Positions 37,177 through 46,477 of a stretch of 64,000 nt of DNA are shown piece after piece. The stretch lies in sequence record MN159079.1; one strand, written 5' to 3'. The position numbers were made by a program, and so were the translations under genes. Under the pieces are notes generated by a model, which had not been told where the DNA came from, did no database searches, and saw only the letters and a program-made list of their open reading frames with translations. Position 1 is the first letter of the stretch. Every line of letters starts with the position of its first letter.

Positions 37177-38325
37177 ATGTCCGGCAAGAAAGATAAGGTT
37201 GTTAAAGTAGAAGAACAAACTCTCCTCGAACCCACACCCGTGGAAATCAAACCCAATAACGACGTCTTCGATTCGATGGCGATAGAAATGATGCCTTATG
37301 CCAAATCCAACGGTATTCCTGAACTGTTGATCGGGAAGACCAAATTGGAAATGATTCCGTGTGAAGATCCGCCAGCACGCCATTACTATACTGGTGGAGT
37401 CGGTATGTCGTTCCACAGGGGCAAGAACAAGCCAACAACTGTCTGGTCCGGTGACATCCCTGAAGCACCAAAATGGTACCAGGCGCATTACCGCGGGTTG
37501 GAGATCTATGCATCTGGTGACAGCACCATCGAACTGGGTGAGTATGTATCAGGTCGTTCCGATCGCAAATCGGTACTCGTTGTTGTGGATTCCACTGTCA
37601 AGGTACAACACGGTGAAATATCGGCCACCTTGGTGATCGGGGAATCAATCCTGGAAACTGATCGCATCCACGTATGGGGTTCCGACACCAATATTTCCAA
37701 ATCAACCCTTACATGTCTGGGTGGAAACATCACTCTGGAAGATAGCGATGTCAGAGACGTCCGCGTCAATTCTGGCTGCGATATCCGACTCGATCGCTCG
37801 AGTATCGATAACATCACCCTGGCTCCGATTCTCAGCCTGGCATTGGAGAGCTGCTCCATCACTTCCCATGATGCAACCTACGCATATGTCGACACCAACG
37901 CCAACACGACACTGCACATCAGTCGGTGCAGGGATGTAAAACTCCCGGTGGTGGAACTCCAAGATAGGAAAATCGAGATCTATCACCGCGCTCACTTTGG
38001 GATGCTTCAGGGTGTGGGTGGTGCTGGGTTCGCCAGGTCTACCGATAACGGTATGGTCATCAGCGGTAAGGAATATGATATCATCACCATCTCTACCTTC
38101 ATGAAGATGGTAGAAGAAGGTGCTAGCTATCAAGAACTGGTTAGTTACAGTGACAAGTTCGAGCCACTCTACAATGCGTTCTTTGGCGATCGTTCTTACG
38201 TACGTCCCGAAAAGAATTCTGAGTTCGGGGCTTACGAAGAAATGTTCATCAACTATCTGGGTGTCATTCTGGCCAGGTTGGAACTGTTCAAAATCATCGA
38301 GAGTGTAAAACGAGGTGAGAAATGA
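37177..38325 (+). CDS. Beta-helix/pentapeptide-like repeat protein, paralog A, 382 aa
   Basis: Start re-called to ATG 37177 (SD GGAG). S-x-(I/L)-x-x periodicity; shares KWY and HRAHFG motifs with the next gene. Confidence 0.65.
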   Translation: MSGKKDKVVKVEEQTLLEPTPVEIKPNNDVFDSMAIEMMPYAKSNGIPELLIGKTKLEMIPCEDPPARHYYTGGVGMSFHRGKNKPTTVWSGDIPEAPKWYQAHYRGLEIYASGDSTIELGEYVSGRSDRKSVLVVVDSTVKVQHGEISATLVIGESILETDRIHVWGSDTNISKSTLTCLGGNITLEDSDVRDVRVNSGCDIRLDRSSIDNITLAPILSLALESCSITSHDATYAYVDTNANTTLHISRCRDVKLPVVELQDRKIEIYHRAHFGMLQGVGGAGFARSTDNGMVISGKEYDIITISTFMKMVEEGASYQELVSYSDKFEPLYNAFFGDRSYVRPEKNSEFGAYEEMFINYLGVILARLELFKIIESVKRGEK

Positions 38326-39431
38326 AGGGAGTAAAGATAAAGGAGTCTTCAGAAAAGATTTCCGGGGAGTTGATGGAGGTAGGTCTGGAACTCGCTAAAG
38401 AGTGCGGCATGTTCAACCACGACCCTGTGATCAGGATCAATGGTGTCCAGTTAGTCGGTGAACTGGTGGAAAATCCGGGAAGGATTCGAGCTCCAGGAAT
38501 TCGACGTAAGGACGGTAGGGAGAACACCTGGGTTGATGAAAATCATCCGGTGATGTACAAGCGGATGGCAGATGTCAAGTGGTACAAGTTCTATGTGGAG
38601 AAGGACAAAGTACTTTATGCCACCGAAGGGACCAATATCCAGCTTGCCCACAATTTCACCTTCCGTAATTGTGGTGACACGCCGATTGGTGAACGCTCGA
38701 TCTTTATGATCGGTTGTGATATCGTCTCCGACTATCTCCACATCGACGCCGGGTCGCTCCTGGATCGTGTCCGGTACAAGGGTGCGTCGCTGACAGTGAA
38801 ATCCAGTCAGTTGTCGAATGTCTCCATATCCATCGCTCGGGTCAAGATAGAGAAATCCATCTTTAAGGATATCAACGCTGACTGTTACGACAAGTTGAAT
38901 GTGGACAACTCCCACATCTCTGGTTGTTACATAGATGGCTGGAAAGAGGTAACAATCTCTGACAGTACCATCGTGCGGTATGGACAGTGGTACAGCATCC
39001 GTGCCGATAACTTTGAAGGTCCGGTTGGTGATTCCACACTCACCTTGAAGAACTTCAAGGCGGTAAGTGATGGACGGCTTTGGGTCAACGAAGCCGCTAA
39101 CGTCGAGTCTCTCCATCGCGCCCACTTTGGGACATTTAATGGACTGACAGACATTGAGTTCATTCGACTGAAGAATAACCATATACTGCTCGGGAGTTCC
39201 TACTCTTTCTCTCTTGAGAAATTGGAGGCTGCCAGGGAAAAGGTTGTTCAGGGTTGCAGCGAAGATAAGGACGTGTCTACACTGTTCAAGTTGTACACTG
39301 GCTCTATCTTCAAGCCGGGTAATGAGAACTATGCAATCGTTAAGAAACGTTTCATTAACTTCATCACCTCGATCATCGAGAAGGTAAAACTGTTCCAACT
39401 GATCGACATCCTCAACTCGTCCCGTAATTAA
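38322..39431 (+). CDS. Beta-helix/pentapeptide-like repeat protein, paralog B, 369 aa
   Basis: ATGA overlap; collinear with paralog A (VKWYKFY, LHRAHFG, C-terminal helix FINFITSII.KVKLF). Confidence 0.65.
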   Translation: MKGVKIKESSEKISGELMEVGLELAKECGMFNHDPVIRINGVQLVGELVENPGRIRAPGIRRKDGRENTWVDENHPVMYKRMADVKWYKFYVEKDKVLYATEGTNIQLAHNFTFRNCGDTPIGERSIFMIGCDIVSDYLHIDAGSLLDRVRYKGASLTVKSSQLSNVSISIARVKIEKSIFKDINADCYDKLNVDNSHISGCYIDGWKEVTISDSTIVRYGQWYSIRADNFEGPVGDSTLTLKNFKAVSDGRLWVNEAANVESLHRAHFGTFNGLTDIEFIRLKNNHILLGSSYSFSLEKLEAAREKVVQGCSEDKDVSTLFKLYTGSIFKPGNENYAIVKKRFINFITSIIEKVKLFQLIDILNSSRN

Positions 39432-39438
39432 CAATCAT

Positions 39439-39472
39439 TCCCTACCTCTCCTTATTGGAGAGGTAGGGTTTA
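39439..39472 (+). terminator. Intrinsic terminator
   Basis: CCCTACCTCTCC-TTATT-GGAGAGGTAGGG followed by TTTATTCTTTCTTTT. Confidence 0.85.
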
Positions 39473-39501
39473 TTCTTTCTTTTATTTTGTCCCCATAAAG
39501 T

Positions 39502-39525
39502 TTCAGATAGATATTATCAGAGTGT
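39502..39525 (+). promoter_or_regulatory. Promoter-like motif copy 3
   Basis: TTCAGATAGATATTATCAGAGTGT; just downstream of a terminator. Confidence 0.75.
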
Positions 39526-39557
39526 ATGTCCTAGCTGTATTTATTAAAGAGGTAACA

Positions 39558-40265
39558 ATGGCAAACAAAAACACTTCCCGCAAGAACAAAAAGTACAACC
39601 CCAATAAAGCAAGAGGTCAAGGAGTCATCACCAAACTTTTTGAGAACTCGTCCCACGTGTACAAGGTGAAGAACATCACCAAGTATCTCAATCAAGCTCT
39701 GGGGGCGTTCTACGTCGTTGGAGACCTGTACCACGACCCTATGACCTTTGGTATGGATGTCCTCACCAAGAATCTCTCTGGTGATATGTTGAAAACCGCA
39801 CAGGGTCAAATGCTGGAGTTCTTATTTAAAGAGCACCGGACTTGGCATATTGAGGTATTCCATTTCTTTGACTTCGATGGTATCGTGGAATGTGTTCCTG
39901 TTAAAGGCGCGTTCCCCGAAATGTCATTGGGGTTAATAGCCGACCTTACTACAGCCTTCATAGAAGAGTCCAGAACTGTTCTCTTTGAACTTCCAGAGTA
40001 TGAAGGGATGGAGGGTCATTACAAACATTTCGGTTACTATCTCAACTATGGGGATGACATTGACTTTGATCACATGGATCCCCTGATCACCGAAGCTTTC
40101 TTTAAAGTTTCCCGTGATCTCACTGTTAACAAAGCACCTGCGTCAATCAGTGGGAAACACTTGATCGATTGCATGACCAAAACTCCCGATCAAATTGCCG
40201 GTAGTGAGGGTGTTGAACTCACCACCGACATGATCGATATCGAAACTCTGAAGGGAGTTAAGTGA
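39558..40265 (+). CDS. Hypothetical protein with a basic N-terminal tail, 235 aa
   Basis: SD GAGG before ATG 39558; MANKNTSRKNKKYNPNKARG. Confidence 0.65.
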   Translation: MANKNTSRKNKKYNPNKARGQGVITKLFENSSHVYKVKNITKYLNQALGAFYVVGDLYHDPMTFGMDVLTKNLSGDMLKTAQGQMLEFLFKEHRTWHIEVFHFFDFDGIVECVPVKGAFPEMSLGLIADLTTAFIEESRTVLFELPEYEGMEGHYKHFGYYLNYGDDIDFDHMDPLITEAFFKVSRDLTVNKAPASISGKHLIDCMTKTPDQIAGSEGVELTTDMIDIETLKGVK

Positions 40266-40879
40266 TGTCTATACTCATTGAATCGGCAAAATACACTTAC
40301 GACCCGGAGGAGATTGCCCGTGTCCGCAAACTCTGGGAAGATAAGTTGAAACCCCAACCTGAAGAAGAACCCACCCCCACTGTAAAGGAGAAACCTATGA
40401 AAGCTACCAACCTGCCGTTTGAAGACTGCAACACCCTGGAGAAATCTTTCCGTGAACTGGTCAAAGACAAGCCGGCCGGAATGAACCCGTCCCAGTACAT
40501 CAAGGTACTGAAAGATATCACCGCCCAAAGCTTCAACGGGAAGAACATGTTCCGGTCCTGCATCTTCACTCAGCAAGAACGTGTGAAGTACCTGGTGGAA
40601 GAAGTGCGTTGTCATTACGACAGCATTTCCTGGCACAAGCGTTTCGGAGGTCGAGGGATGTATATTCCTCGTTTGTCAGGGATCGCCATTCCGGTGAACC
40701 TCAGCTACAACGATCTCTTCCACAAGGCTCGTCTGGTCATCGCAACTCACCGGCACCTCGAGTATGTCCAGATCTCTCTTCAGTTCCTCATGACTGACGA
40801 CAGCATCTGGGTTGATGTTCCCTGCCGGACCAACAACGTCAAAGAAGTTATCGAGCAACTGCTCATTCAAGAAGCATAA
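40265..40879 (+). CDS. Hypothetical protein, 204 aa
   Basis: TGATG coupling; SD GGAG. Confidence 0.65.
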   Translation: MSILIESAKYTYDPEEIARVRKLWEDKLKPQPEEEPTPTVKEKPMKATNLPFEDCNTLEKSFRELVKDKPAGMNPSQYIKVLKDITAQSFNGKNMFRSCIFTQQERVKYLVEEVRCHYDSISWHKRFGGRGMYIPRLSGIAIPVNLSYNDLFHKARLVIATHRHLEYVQISLQFLMTDDSIWVDVPCRTNNVKEVIEQLLIQEA

Positions 40880-40888
40880 GGACAAAGT

Positions 40889-41365
40889 ATGAAAAACTAT
40901 CGTCTGAAAATTAAGGACCTGTTCAAGGGTCGTATCGTGTACCTGGCAGAACCTGGATGCACTCCTATCAAGGTAAAGGTAGTTGGACACATCAACTCCT
41001 ACATTTCCTTCCTGACCATCGCTATCGACACTTCCGGTCGTCCTGAGTCGGAAATCCTGAAGCAACATAACGGACGGTACAACATCGCAGACCCGGCCAT
41101 GGTAATGAAGATTGCCGCATCCCGAGGCAAAGAAAGTCCACTCGGGAACGGTTCTGTTGGGTTGGTGGAACGTCACATCTCACCCATCAAGTATGTTCAG
41201 CTTCTGGATGAAAACAACACCCGGCACGATATCCAGGATTTTTATTTTGATCCGTCGGAATCCAAGCTCAAAGTGTTCTCTAACCTGAAACAAGCCGAGC
41301 GTTATGCCGATTTCCCGGAAACGTTTGGCGAAGGTTTGGAATCCATCTTTACCGTAGAAGAGTAA
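40889..41365 (+). CDS. Hypothetical protein, 158 aa
   Basis: SD AAGGA. Confidence 0.65.
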   Translation: MKNYRLKIKDLFKGRIVYLAEPGCTPIKVKVVGHINSYISFLTIAIDTSGRPESEILKQHNGRYNIADPAMVMKIAASRGKESPLGNGSVGLVERHISPIKYVQLLDENNTRHDIQDFYFDPSESKLKVFSNLKQAERYADFPETFGEGLESIFTVEE

Positions 41366-41415
41366 CCCTGGCGAGGGGTTTAAGACACCCCTCATCAACA
41401 TAAGGAATAAGTGTA

Positions 41416-41781
41416 ATGCGCGAAGATCTCCTGAACAAACTGTGTTCCCTGATGACCGATACCAAGTCCGAACATCGTAATGGTCACGAATCCGGTGAGT
41501 GTCGGGTTGCCGGCTCTACCTTCGAACTGGGTACCTTTGAAATCCTGGTCACTTTCGATGGTGACGAAGTACACACCAGCGGGCACTGTGGTCTCCAGTA
41601 CCTCACCATCAGTAAGACCGACCGTGAACTGACCATCAAGGTTGTTCGTCGGAAAGGTGCGTTCATCAAGAACGACGTCAAACTGATGGCTCACGATACC
41701 GGTGGTTTGATCGAGTGGTACAACGCCTGGTTCGCCGAGGTCATGGCCGAGAACAAACGTCCCACCCCTATGAACTATTAA
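41416..41781 (+). CDS. Hypothetical protein, 121 aa
   Basis: SD AAGGA. Confidence 0.65.
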   Translation: MREDLLNKLCSLMTDTKSEHRNGHESGECRVAGSTFELGTFEILVTFDGDEVHTSGHCGLQYLTISKTDRELTIKVVRRKGAFIKNDVKLMAHDTGGLIEWYNAWFAEVMAENKRPTPMNY

Positions 41782-41787
41782 GGAAGT

Positions 41788-42111
41788 GTGATGTCTAAAC
41801 GGTTAGATTCGTTATGGGCAAGTGCCGAACGAGAGGTGGAGATCTTCACCTCTCAGAAACAAGGTACGCTTCTCGATCGGTTCAAATCCTTGGTGGCGTA
41901 CAAGAACGGTGATCGTTCAATCAACGTTACTTCAGAGATGTTCCAAGTTCGGTCGTATTTGGCTCCAGTGGTCAAGGGAGTACCGATTTATAAAGTCTGG
42001 GAGAATATGTATTCAGTCTCCCACCGGTTGCTGAAAGGTCGGAGCGTAGATTACTATCTCTGTCAATTCATCAAATCCATGCGTGAACTCAACAAGAGTA
42101 TAAAGCAATGA
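41788..42111 (+). CDS. Hypothetical protein, 107 aa
   Basis: SD AAGGA; GTG/ATG start. Confidence 0.6.
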   Translation: MMSKRLDSLWASAEREVEIFTSQKQGTLLDRFKSLVAYKNGDRSINVTSEMFQVRSYLAPVVKGVPIYKVWENMYSVSHRLLKGRSVDYYLCQFIKSMRELNKSIKQ

Positions 42112-42494
42112 AAACTTCTATCATCCTGAAAGAACTCATGAACATCGTCTTCCAAGGCGGCATTCGTGAGAACAACAAAGATGCGTTTGGACCGGAACTC
42201 CATCAAGTCCTGACTCATCTGGGTAAAGTCTCCCCGGTATTCGTGGAGGAGGAAAGTGGAATTGCCACCCACATCCGACGTGATAACCACTCCTTGGTTA
42301 TCGCTTACGACCTGGACCTCACTGTCTGGACCTGTATCTATACAGAACTGGACGATGAAGAACGAGTTGTACGCGAACTCTCTTCTGCCGTAGAACTCCG
42401 TGGCATTGAACACGAGGATTGGTTTGTTGAGGAGAACTTCCGGTACGTCCAGACTGCGTTCTCTCCGATCGTCGGGTGCTTCGTTCCGGCTTGA
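42108..42494 (+). CDS. Hypothetical protein, 128 aa
   Basis: ATGA overlap with the upstream gene. Confidence 0.6.
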   Translation: MKTSIILKELMNIVFQGGIRENNKDAFGPELHQVLTHLGKVSPVFVEEESGIATHIRRDNHSLVIAYDLDLTVWTCIYTELDDEERVVRELSSAVELRGIEHEDWFVEENFRYVQTAFSPIVGCFVPA

Positions 42495-42526
42495 ATCCTT
42501 TGCTAATAACAGAAGAGGATATCTCC

Positions 42527-42880
42527 GTGTCTGAAAGTAAAGATGAATCGGTACCAACCGGACCCGTTCCCGGTGTATTGTCACCGATCACCTGGCTCAT
42601 GTACTACGCTAAAAGCGACGTAGCCAGTTTCGAGGGTGAGTTTGACGGCGTGATGTACAAGCTGTCTCTTTCCCGTTCTACTATCACCCGTGAAGTAACT
42701 GGTTACATTGGTCGGGGTCGGATCAACGCTACCGACATCACCATCCGTGGGACTCAGTATACTTGGTTGACCAGTGATCTGGATACAGACACTAACAAGT
42801 ATCCTGACGAACTGGGTGAAGGTAAAATCAACAAGCTCGGTCTCGAAGTCCATGAGTTTGTGAAGTCTCTGAACGAATAA
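42527..42880 (+). CDS. Hypothetical protein, 117 aa
   Basis: GTG start at 42527 after SD GAGGA. Confidence 0.55.
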   Translation: MSESKDESVPTGPVPGVLSPITWLMYYAKSDVASFEGEFDGVMYKLSLSRSTITREVTGYIGRGRINATDITIRGTQYTWLTSDLDTDTNKYPDELGEGKINKLGLEVHEFVKSLNE

Positions 42881-42895
42881 TCATTCAACATAATA

Positions 42896-42932
42896 AACCC
42901 TACACCGGCGTTATGCTGGTGTAGGGTATTTA
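42896..42932 (+). terminator. Intrinsic terminator
   Basis: ACCCTACACCGGC-GTTAT-GCTGGTGTAGGGT followed by ATTT. Confidence 0.8.
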
Positions 42933-42950
42933 CTATTTAAGGGAAATAAC

Positions 42951-43631
42951 ATGAACAACGTATTTGCTATTAAAGACATTCTTTCCATGAAGCCTGTTTT
43001 CAACGCTCAACTGGTTCCCTTTCTTTCTCAAGGCCCGATGATCATCGGTAACGGTCCGTGTCGACCTGTAGTGGGTGTGAGCCGCCTCTACGAGACCACT
43101 ACTGACATGGGTGCCAATGTGGCGTACCGTGTTCGTCTGGGTGTCCACAATGAAGATTGTAGCGACGTGGTTGCTGAACGGATTGGCATGACGATCGTAC
43201 TGATCCCCAAGCTGGCCACTGAAGAAGAATTCGCAGAGCTACTCTGGACCGGCGTGATGCGTGTTATCGGTCAACTTTACCGCCGTTACATCCGGGAAGA
43301 GAATGGCATCTCTCTGGGTAAATCCCTGACGGTTGAAGAGTACGTTCGAGGACTCATCTCTGTGGGAACATTTACCGATAAAGAAGTGGTGCTTGTTCCC
43401 AAGGGTCACGACATCGTTCTGGAGCGTGAAGGTGTGGTGTACTTCCAGGACGCATGTATCCAAACCGACTATGCTTCTCTCTGCTGTGTACGCAATGAAG
43501 AGGAACAAGTGATCGGTACAGGCGCACCGCGTTCCATGAAAGTGTCTCGACTGGTCAATGCTATCGACGCGGCCATCGAGGCAAAAGTCGAACACTGCTC
43601 CGAATTCGCTGAGAAAGTAATCGCTATCTAA
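42951..43631 (+). CDS. Hypothetical protein, 226 aa
   Basis: SD AAGGG. Confidence 0.65.
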   Translation: MNNVFAIKDILSMKPVFNAQLVPFLSQGPMIIGNGPCRPVVGVSRLYETTTDMGANVAYRVRLGVHNEDCSDVVAERIGMTIVLIPKLATEEEFAELLWTGVMRVIGQLYRRYIREENGISLGKSLTVEEYVRGLISVGTFTDKEVVLVPKGHDIVLEREGVVYFQDACIQTDYASLCCVRNEEEQVIGTGAPRSMKVSRLVNAIDAAIEAKVEHCSEFAEKVIAI

Positions 43632-43641
43632 GGAGATAGAA

Positions 43642-44376
43642 ATGCAAGCAGAAACAAAACTCACAATGAACCCACTGCTCCGTCTGATGTGTGTCGGTCC
43701 ATCCAGGAATCTTCCTCCTGTAGAAAAGATGACTGCCACCAAGGGTAAGTGCCGGTACGACGCAGAACTGGTAAACCGGACAGCAAAAGACTGTGTGTAC
43801 AAGATCAAGATCACGTTCCCTGGCGGTGTCTACACCCATATCTGGTTGATTCAGAACCATGTCGTTCAAGTTGTCCGGGTGTCATTCAACGAACTGCTTT
43901 CACCGACCAGTGTCAGTTTCACCTATGAAGGTGCGGCTGATCTCTTGGAGGGTTGGTTGAATGAGTTACTTCATGGGATCTACGTTCGAAACTATGATCC
44001 CGACTTTCATGAACTCCCGGTGAAGGAAGTCGTTTACAAAGAACTCCCGCCAGTGTTGTTTGAAGAGATAGATGTTAACGTCCGTAACGCCTGCTCGATT
44101 AACGAGGTGGGTTATGAGATCAGTTTCATCATCGCTTCCATTGTGGTACACGATAAGAGTGACAATCGAAAGCTTGCCATTCTGCAACGTTGGGGATTCA
44201 CCGACGTGGCTATTGATCGTGAAAACGACATCTTGACCTTTAACCATTTCGGTCGAAAGGTCGTCCAGGATAACAAGAAAGCCACTTGCATTCGCGGCGG
44301 AGTGTATCTTGGTCACAGCATGAACCTTCGTCAAGTTGTGGCCGCCTGTATTGTAATCGGTGATAAGGATCGATAA
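43642..44376 (+). CDS. Hypothetical protein, 244 aa
   Basis: SD AAGGAG. Confidence 0.65.
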   Translation: MQAETKLTMNPLLRLMCVGPSRNLPPVEKMTATKGKCRYDAELVNRTAKDCVYKIKITFPGGVYTHIWLIQNHVVQVVRVSFNELLSPTSVSFTYEGAADLLEGWLNELLHGIYVRNYDPDFHELPVKEVVYKELPPVLFEEIDVNVRNACSINEVGYEISFIIASIVVHDKSDNRKLAILQRWGFTDVAIDRENDILTFNHFGRKVVQDNKKATCIRGGVYLGHSMNLRQVVAACIVIGDKDR

Positions 44377-44778
44377 ATGAAAAAGTTTATGGCTGTGGTA
44401 ACGATGTTGTTGATCGCATTCGGTATGTACTTCGTTTACAAAGTAGCTGAAGTCTACCAGGAACCTGTCGAGGCCCGCGGTAAACTTATCGAATGTTACA
44501 TTGATGGTGAGGTGACTGTAAACCCCGCTTACAAATGTGACTACAATGTAGGTGATGGTAAACATTACACCATCGAGATCTCTCGTCAGGATTGGAGAAA
44601 GGAATACTTCCGGGTTGGCCATGAGCGCGATCTTCGTATCTATAACGATAACGTAGATGCGGTGATTATCATAGCCGCCATTTTGGAACTGTTCCTTTTC
44701 CTGTTCTTCCTTGCGATGTTTTGGACCTTGACCAGGTCTGAACCCAAAGAGGTAACTGCACGATGGAGAGAAGGATAA
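44377..44778 (+). CDS. Two-TM membrane protein with a small extracytoplasmic beta domain, 133 aa
   Basis: Hydrophobic N-terminal (FMAVVTMLLIAFGMYFVY) and C-terminal (VIIIAAILELFLFLFFLAMFW) helices. Confidence 0.65.
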   Translation: MKKFMAVVTMLLIAFGMYFVYKVAEVYQEPVEARGKLIECYIDGEVTVNPAYKCDYNVGDGKHYTIEISRQDWRKEYFRVGHERDLRIYNDNVDAVIIIAAILELFLFLFFLAMFWTLTRSEPKEVTARWREG

Positions 44779-44939
44779 TGCTCATTGCTGGGGTGATCTC
44801 GATCATGATCGCCTTGGCTTTCTTTATCGATATCGTCGGGCTGATCAAGTCAGGTAACATCGGTAGCGAATTAGGCTGGCTCATACTTGGAGGTTTCTCC
44901 ATGGGGCTAATTGGTATTAAACTGTTAGACGAGGTATAA
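44778..44939 (+). CDS. Small two-TM protein, 53 aa (below the ORF-track cutoff)
   Basis: MLIAGVISIMIALAFFIDIVGLIKSGNIGSELGWLILGGFSMGLIGIKLLDEV; TAATG coupling upstream and fills the gap exactly. Confidence 0.65.
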   Translation: MLIAGVISIMIALAFFIDIVGLIKSGNIGSELGWLILGGFSMGLIGIKLLDEV

Positions 44940-45302
44940 ATGAAGACCGAAGAAATCGTTAATGTACTGGGTTTGTTGGACAACGAACAGGACATCGAGG
45001 AAATTACCAAGGCTGGTATCAAGTCGGTACGTTGCGAGTCCCCTGAACCGCACTGGATCATCGGGACTGATAACGTTGCTCTTCGAGTCCGTTTCATAAC
45101 GAGTATCGAGACTGCCAACTTCTTCTCGATCAGTGTTGGATTTGTCGAGGACACTGAAGATCCTGAAGGGACTTTCAAGATAGTCGCCAAGTCTGACCGC
45201 GAGTGGGTGGATCAAGAATACGAAACGTTGAAACAGATGATCTGTGCAACTGTTCGTGAACTGGTCTCCCCATGGAGTCCCGCCAACCCTGATCCGTTTT
45301 AA
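44940..45302 (+). CDS. Hypothetical acidic protein, 120 aa
   Basis: SD GAGG. Confidence 0.65.
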   Translation: MKTEEIVNVLGLLDNEQDIEEITKAGIKSVRCESPEPHWIIGTDNVALRVRFITSIETANFFSISVGFVEDTEDPEGTFKIVAKSDREWVDQEYETLKQMICATVRELVSPWSPANPDPF

Positions 45303-45311
45303 GGGGAAGTA

Positions 45312-45464
45312 ATGAACCTTGATAAAGGTGGCTCTATCGGACGTGCTATCCAGGAGTATGTCGAGTTTCAACTCTGGATGTCTGACCAAGAGCAAAACAA
45401 AAACTGTCTTCGAAATCAACCTAAGGGAGAACTCCGTATTCTCCCCAAGCAAAAGAAGGATTAG
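45312..45464 (+). CDS. Small hypothetical protein, 50 aa (below the ORF-track cutoff)
   Basis: MNLDKGGSIGRAIQEYVEFQLWMSDQEQNKNCLRNQPKGELRILPKQKKD; SD AAGGGG; fills the gap. Confidence 0.55.
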   Translation: MNLDKGGSIGRAIQEYVEFQLWMSDQEQNKNCLRNQPKGELRILPKQKKD

Positions 45465-45467
45465 ACA

Positions 45468-45986
45468 ATGAACAACATTACAGTTGCCCAACTGAAAGCT
45501 CACCTCAAGTCAGCAGTGGTGAGATTCCTGGAAACCGACATGATCTCTCACGGTGACGAGATCATTTCCAAGATGACCGTCAAGAACCCTCCCAAGGGCG
45601 TGATGTCATACGGGTCGATCGTATTCGACTTAACCGAGAAAGCTATACCCTACGCCCCATCCCGGACCATCACGGCGAGCTTCGATAGCGCTGACATGTA
45701 TGGCGACATGGATAAAGCCGTAGAAGATGCTGTCTTCCAATACCTCAACAACGTTGGTGCGGAATCCATCGCTCTGATTCCTGGTCACGAAGTGGTCAAG
45801 AGTGGGGTCGGGTTTGAAGTGACGGTGAGGGATGGTGACATCATCCTGTACAACGCCTCCATGAAAGTTCCGGCTAACATGAAGGAAGGGTTGGACGCTG
45901 CCTTTGATCAAGCCGTTGATCTGGCCATGGTGGTCAAATACAAACGGATGGTTTCCGATCGTAGTTTCGACAGCGTGGTAATCTGA
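45468..45986 (+). CDS. Hypothetical protein, 172 aa
   Basis: SD AAGGA. Confidence 0.65.
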   Translation: MNNITVAQLKAHLKSAVVRFLETDMISHGDEIISKMTVKNPPKGVMSYGSIVFDLTEKAIPYAPSRTITASFDSADMYGDMDKAVEDAVFQYLNNVGAESIALIPGHEVVKSGVGFEVTVRDGDIILYNASMKVPANMKEGLDAAFDQAVDLAMVVKYKRMVSDRSFDSVVI

Positions 45987-45995
45987 CAATAATAC

Positions 45996-46030
45996 AAACC
46001 CCCTTACTCCCTCTTGGGAGTAAGGGGTTG
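45996..46030. terminator. Bidirectional intrinsic terminator
   Basis: AACCCCCTTACTCCC-TCTT-GGGAGTAAGGGGTT between convergent genes. Confidence 0.85.
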
Positions 46031-46039
46031 TCACTAACT

Positions 46040-46393
46040 TTATTTCTTTCCTTTATAATGGCTTTCGCCACCAACCCTAACAGCTACATACATGAGCTGG
46101 TAATAACGCCACGACAGTTTGAGTCGAACCTCCATGTTGTATTTAAACAACTTGTCCGCTTCTTCACGACTCCACATCCCGGTTGCGTACATATAGTCAT
46201 GCACTAGGGCTGCTGGGAGGTACGTGTGAAATGAGGGATAGAAGGATTGTAACGCTCTTCCTGTGCTGGCGCCATTACTCCTGAATCCCTTAGGGACTGT
46301 GCATTCTGGCGTGACATAGTCTTCTAATAAGACCATTGTACCGTTGGTATAGTCGAACTCTACCTTAGGTTTGGCAAATACGAACTCTGACAT
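46040..46393 (-). CDS. DUF1353-family protein, 117 aa
   Basis: VPKGF.SNGAS, AALVHDYMY, SREEADKLF and MYVAVRVGG match the DUF1353 pattern. Confidence 0.75.
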   Translation of the reverse strand: MSEFVFAKPKVEFDYTNGTMVLLEDYVTPECTVPKGFRSNGASTGRALQSFYPSFHTYLPAALVHDYMYATGMWSREEADKLFKYNMEVRLKLSWRYYQLMYVAVRVGGESHYKGKK

Positions 46394-46421
46394 AATGACC
46401 TCTATTTAATGTGCAAATGAT

Positions 46422-46445
46422 TTCAGAGGTATATTATCTTAGTGG
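46422..46445 (+). promoter_or_regulatory. Promoter-like motif copy 4
   Basis: TTCAGAGGTATATTATCTTAGTGG, 32 bp upstream of the ATG at 46478. Confidence 0.7.
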
Positions 46446-46477
46446 ATAAACTAATTTAATTTTTGTGAGGACTTATT

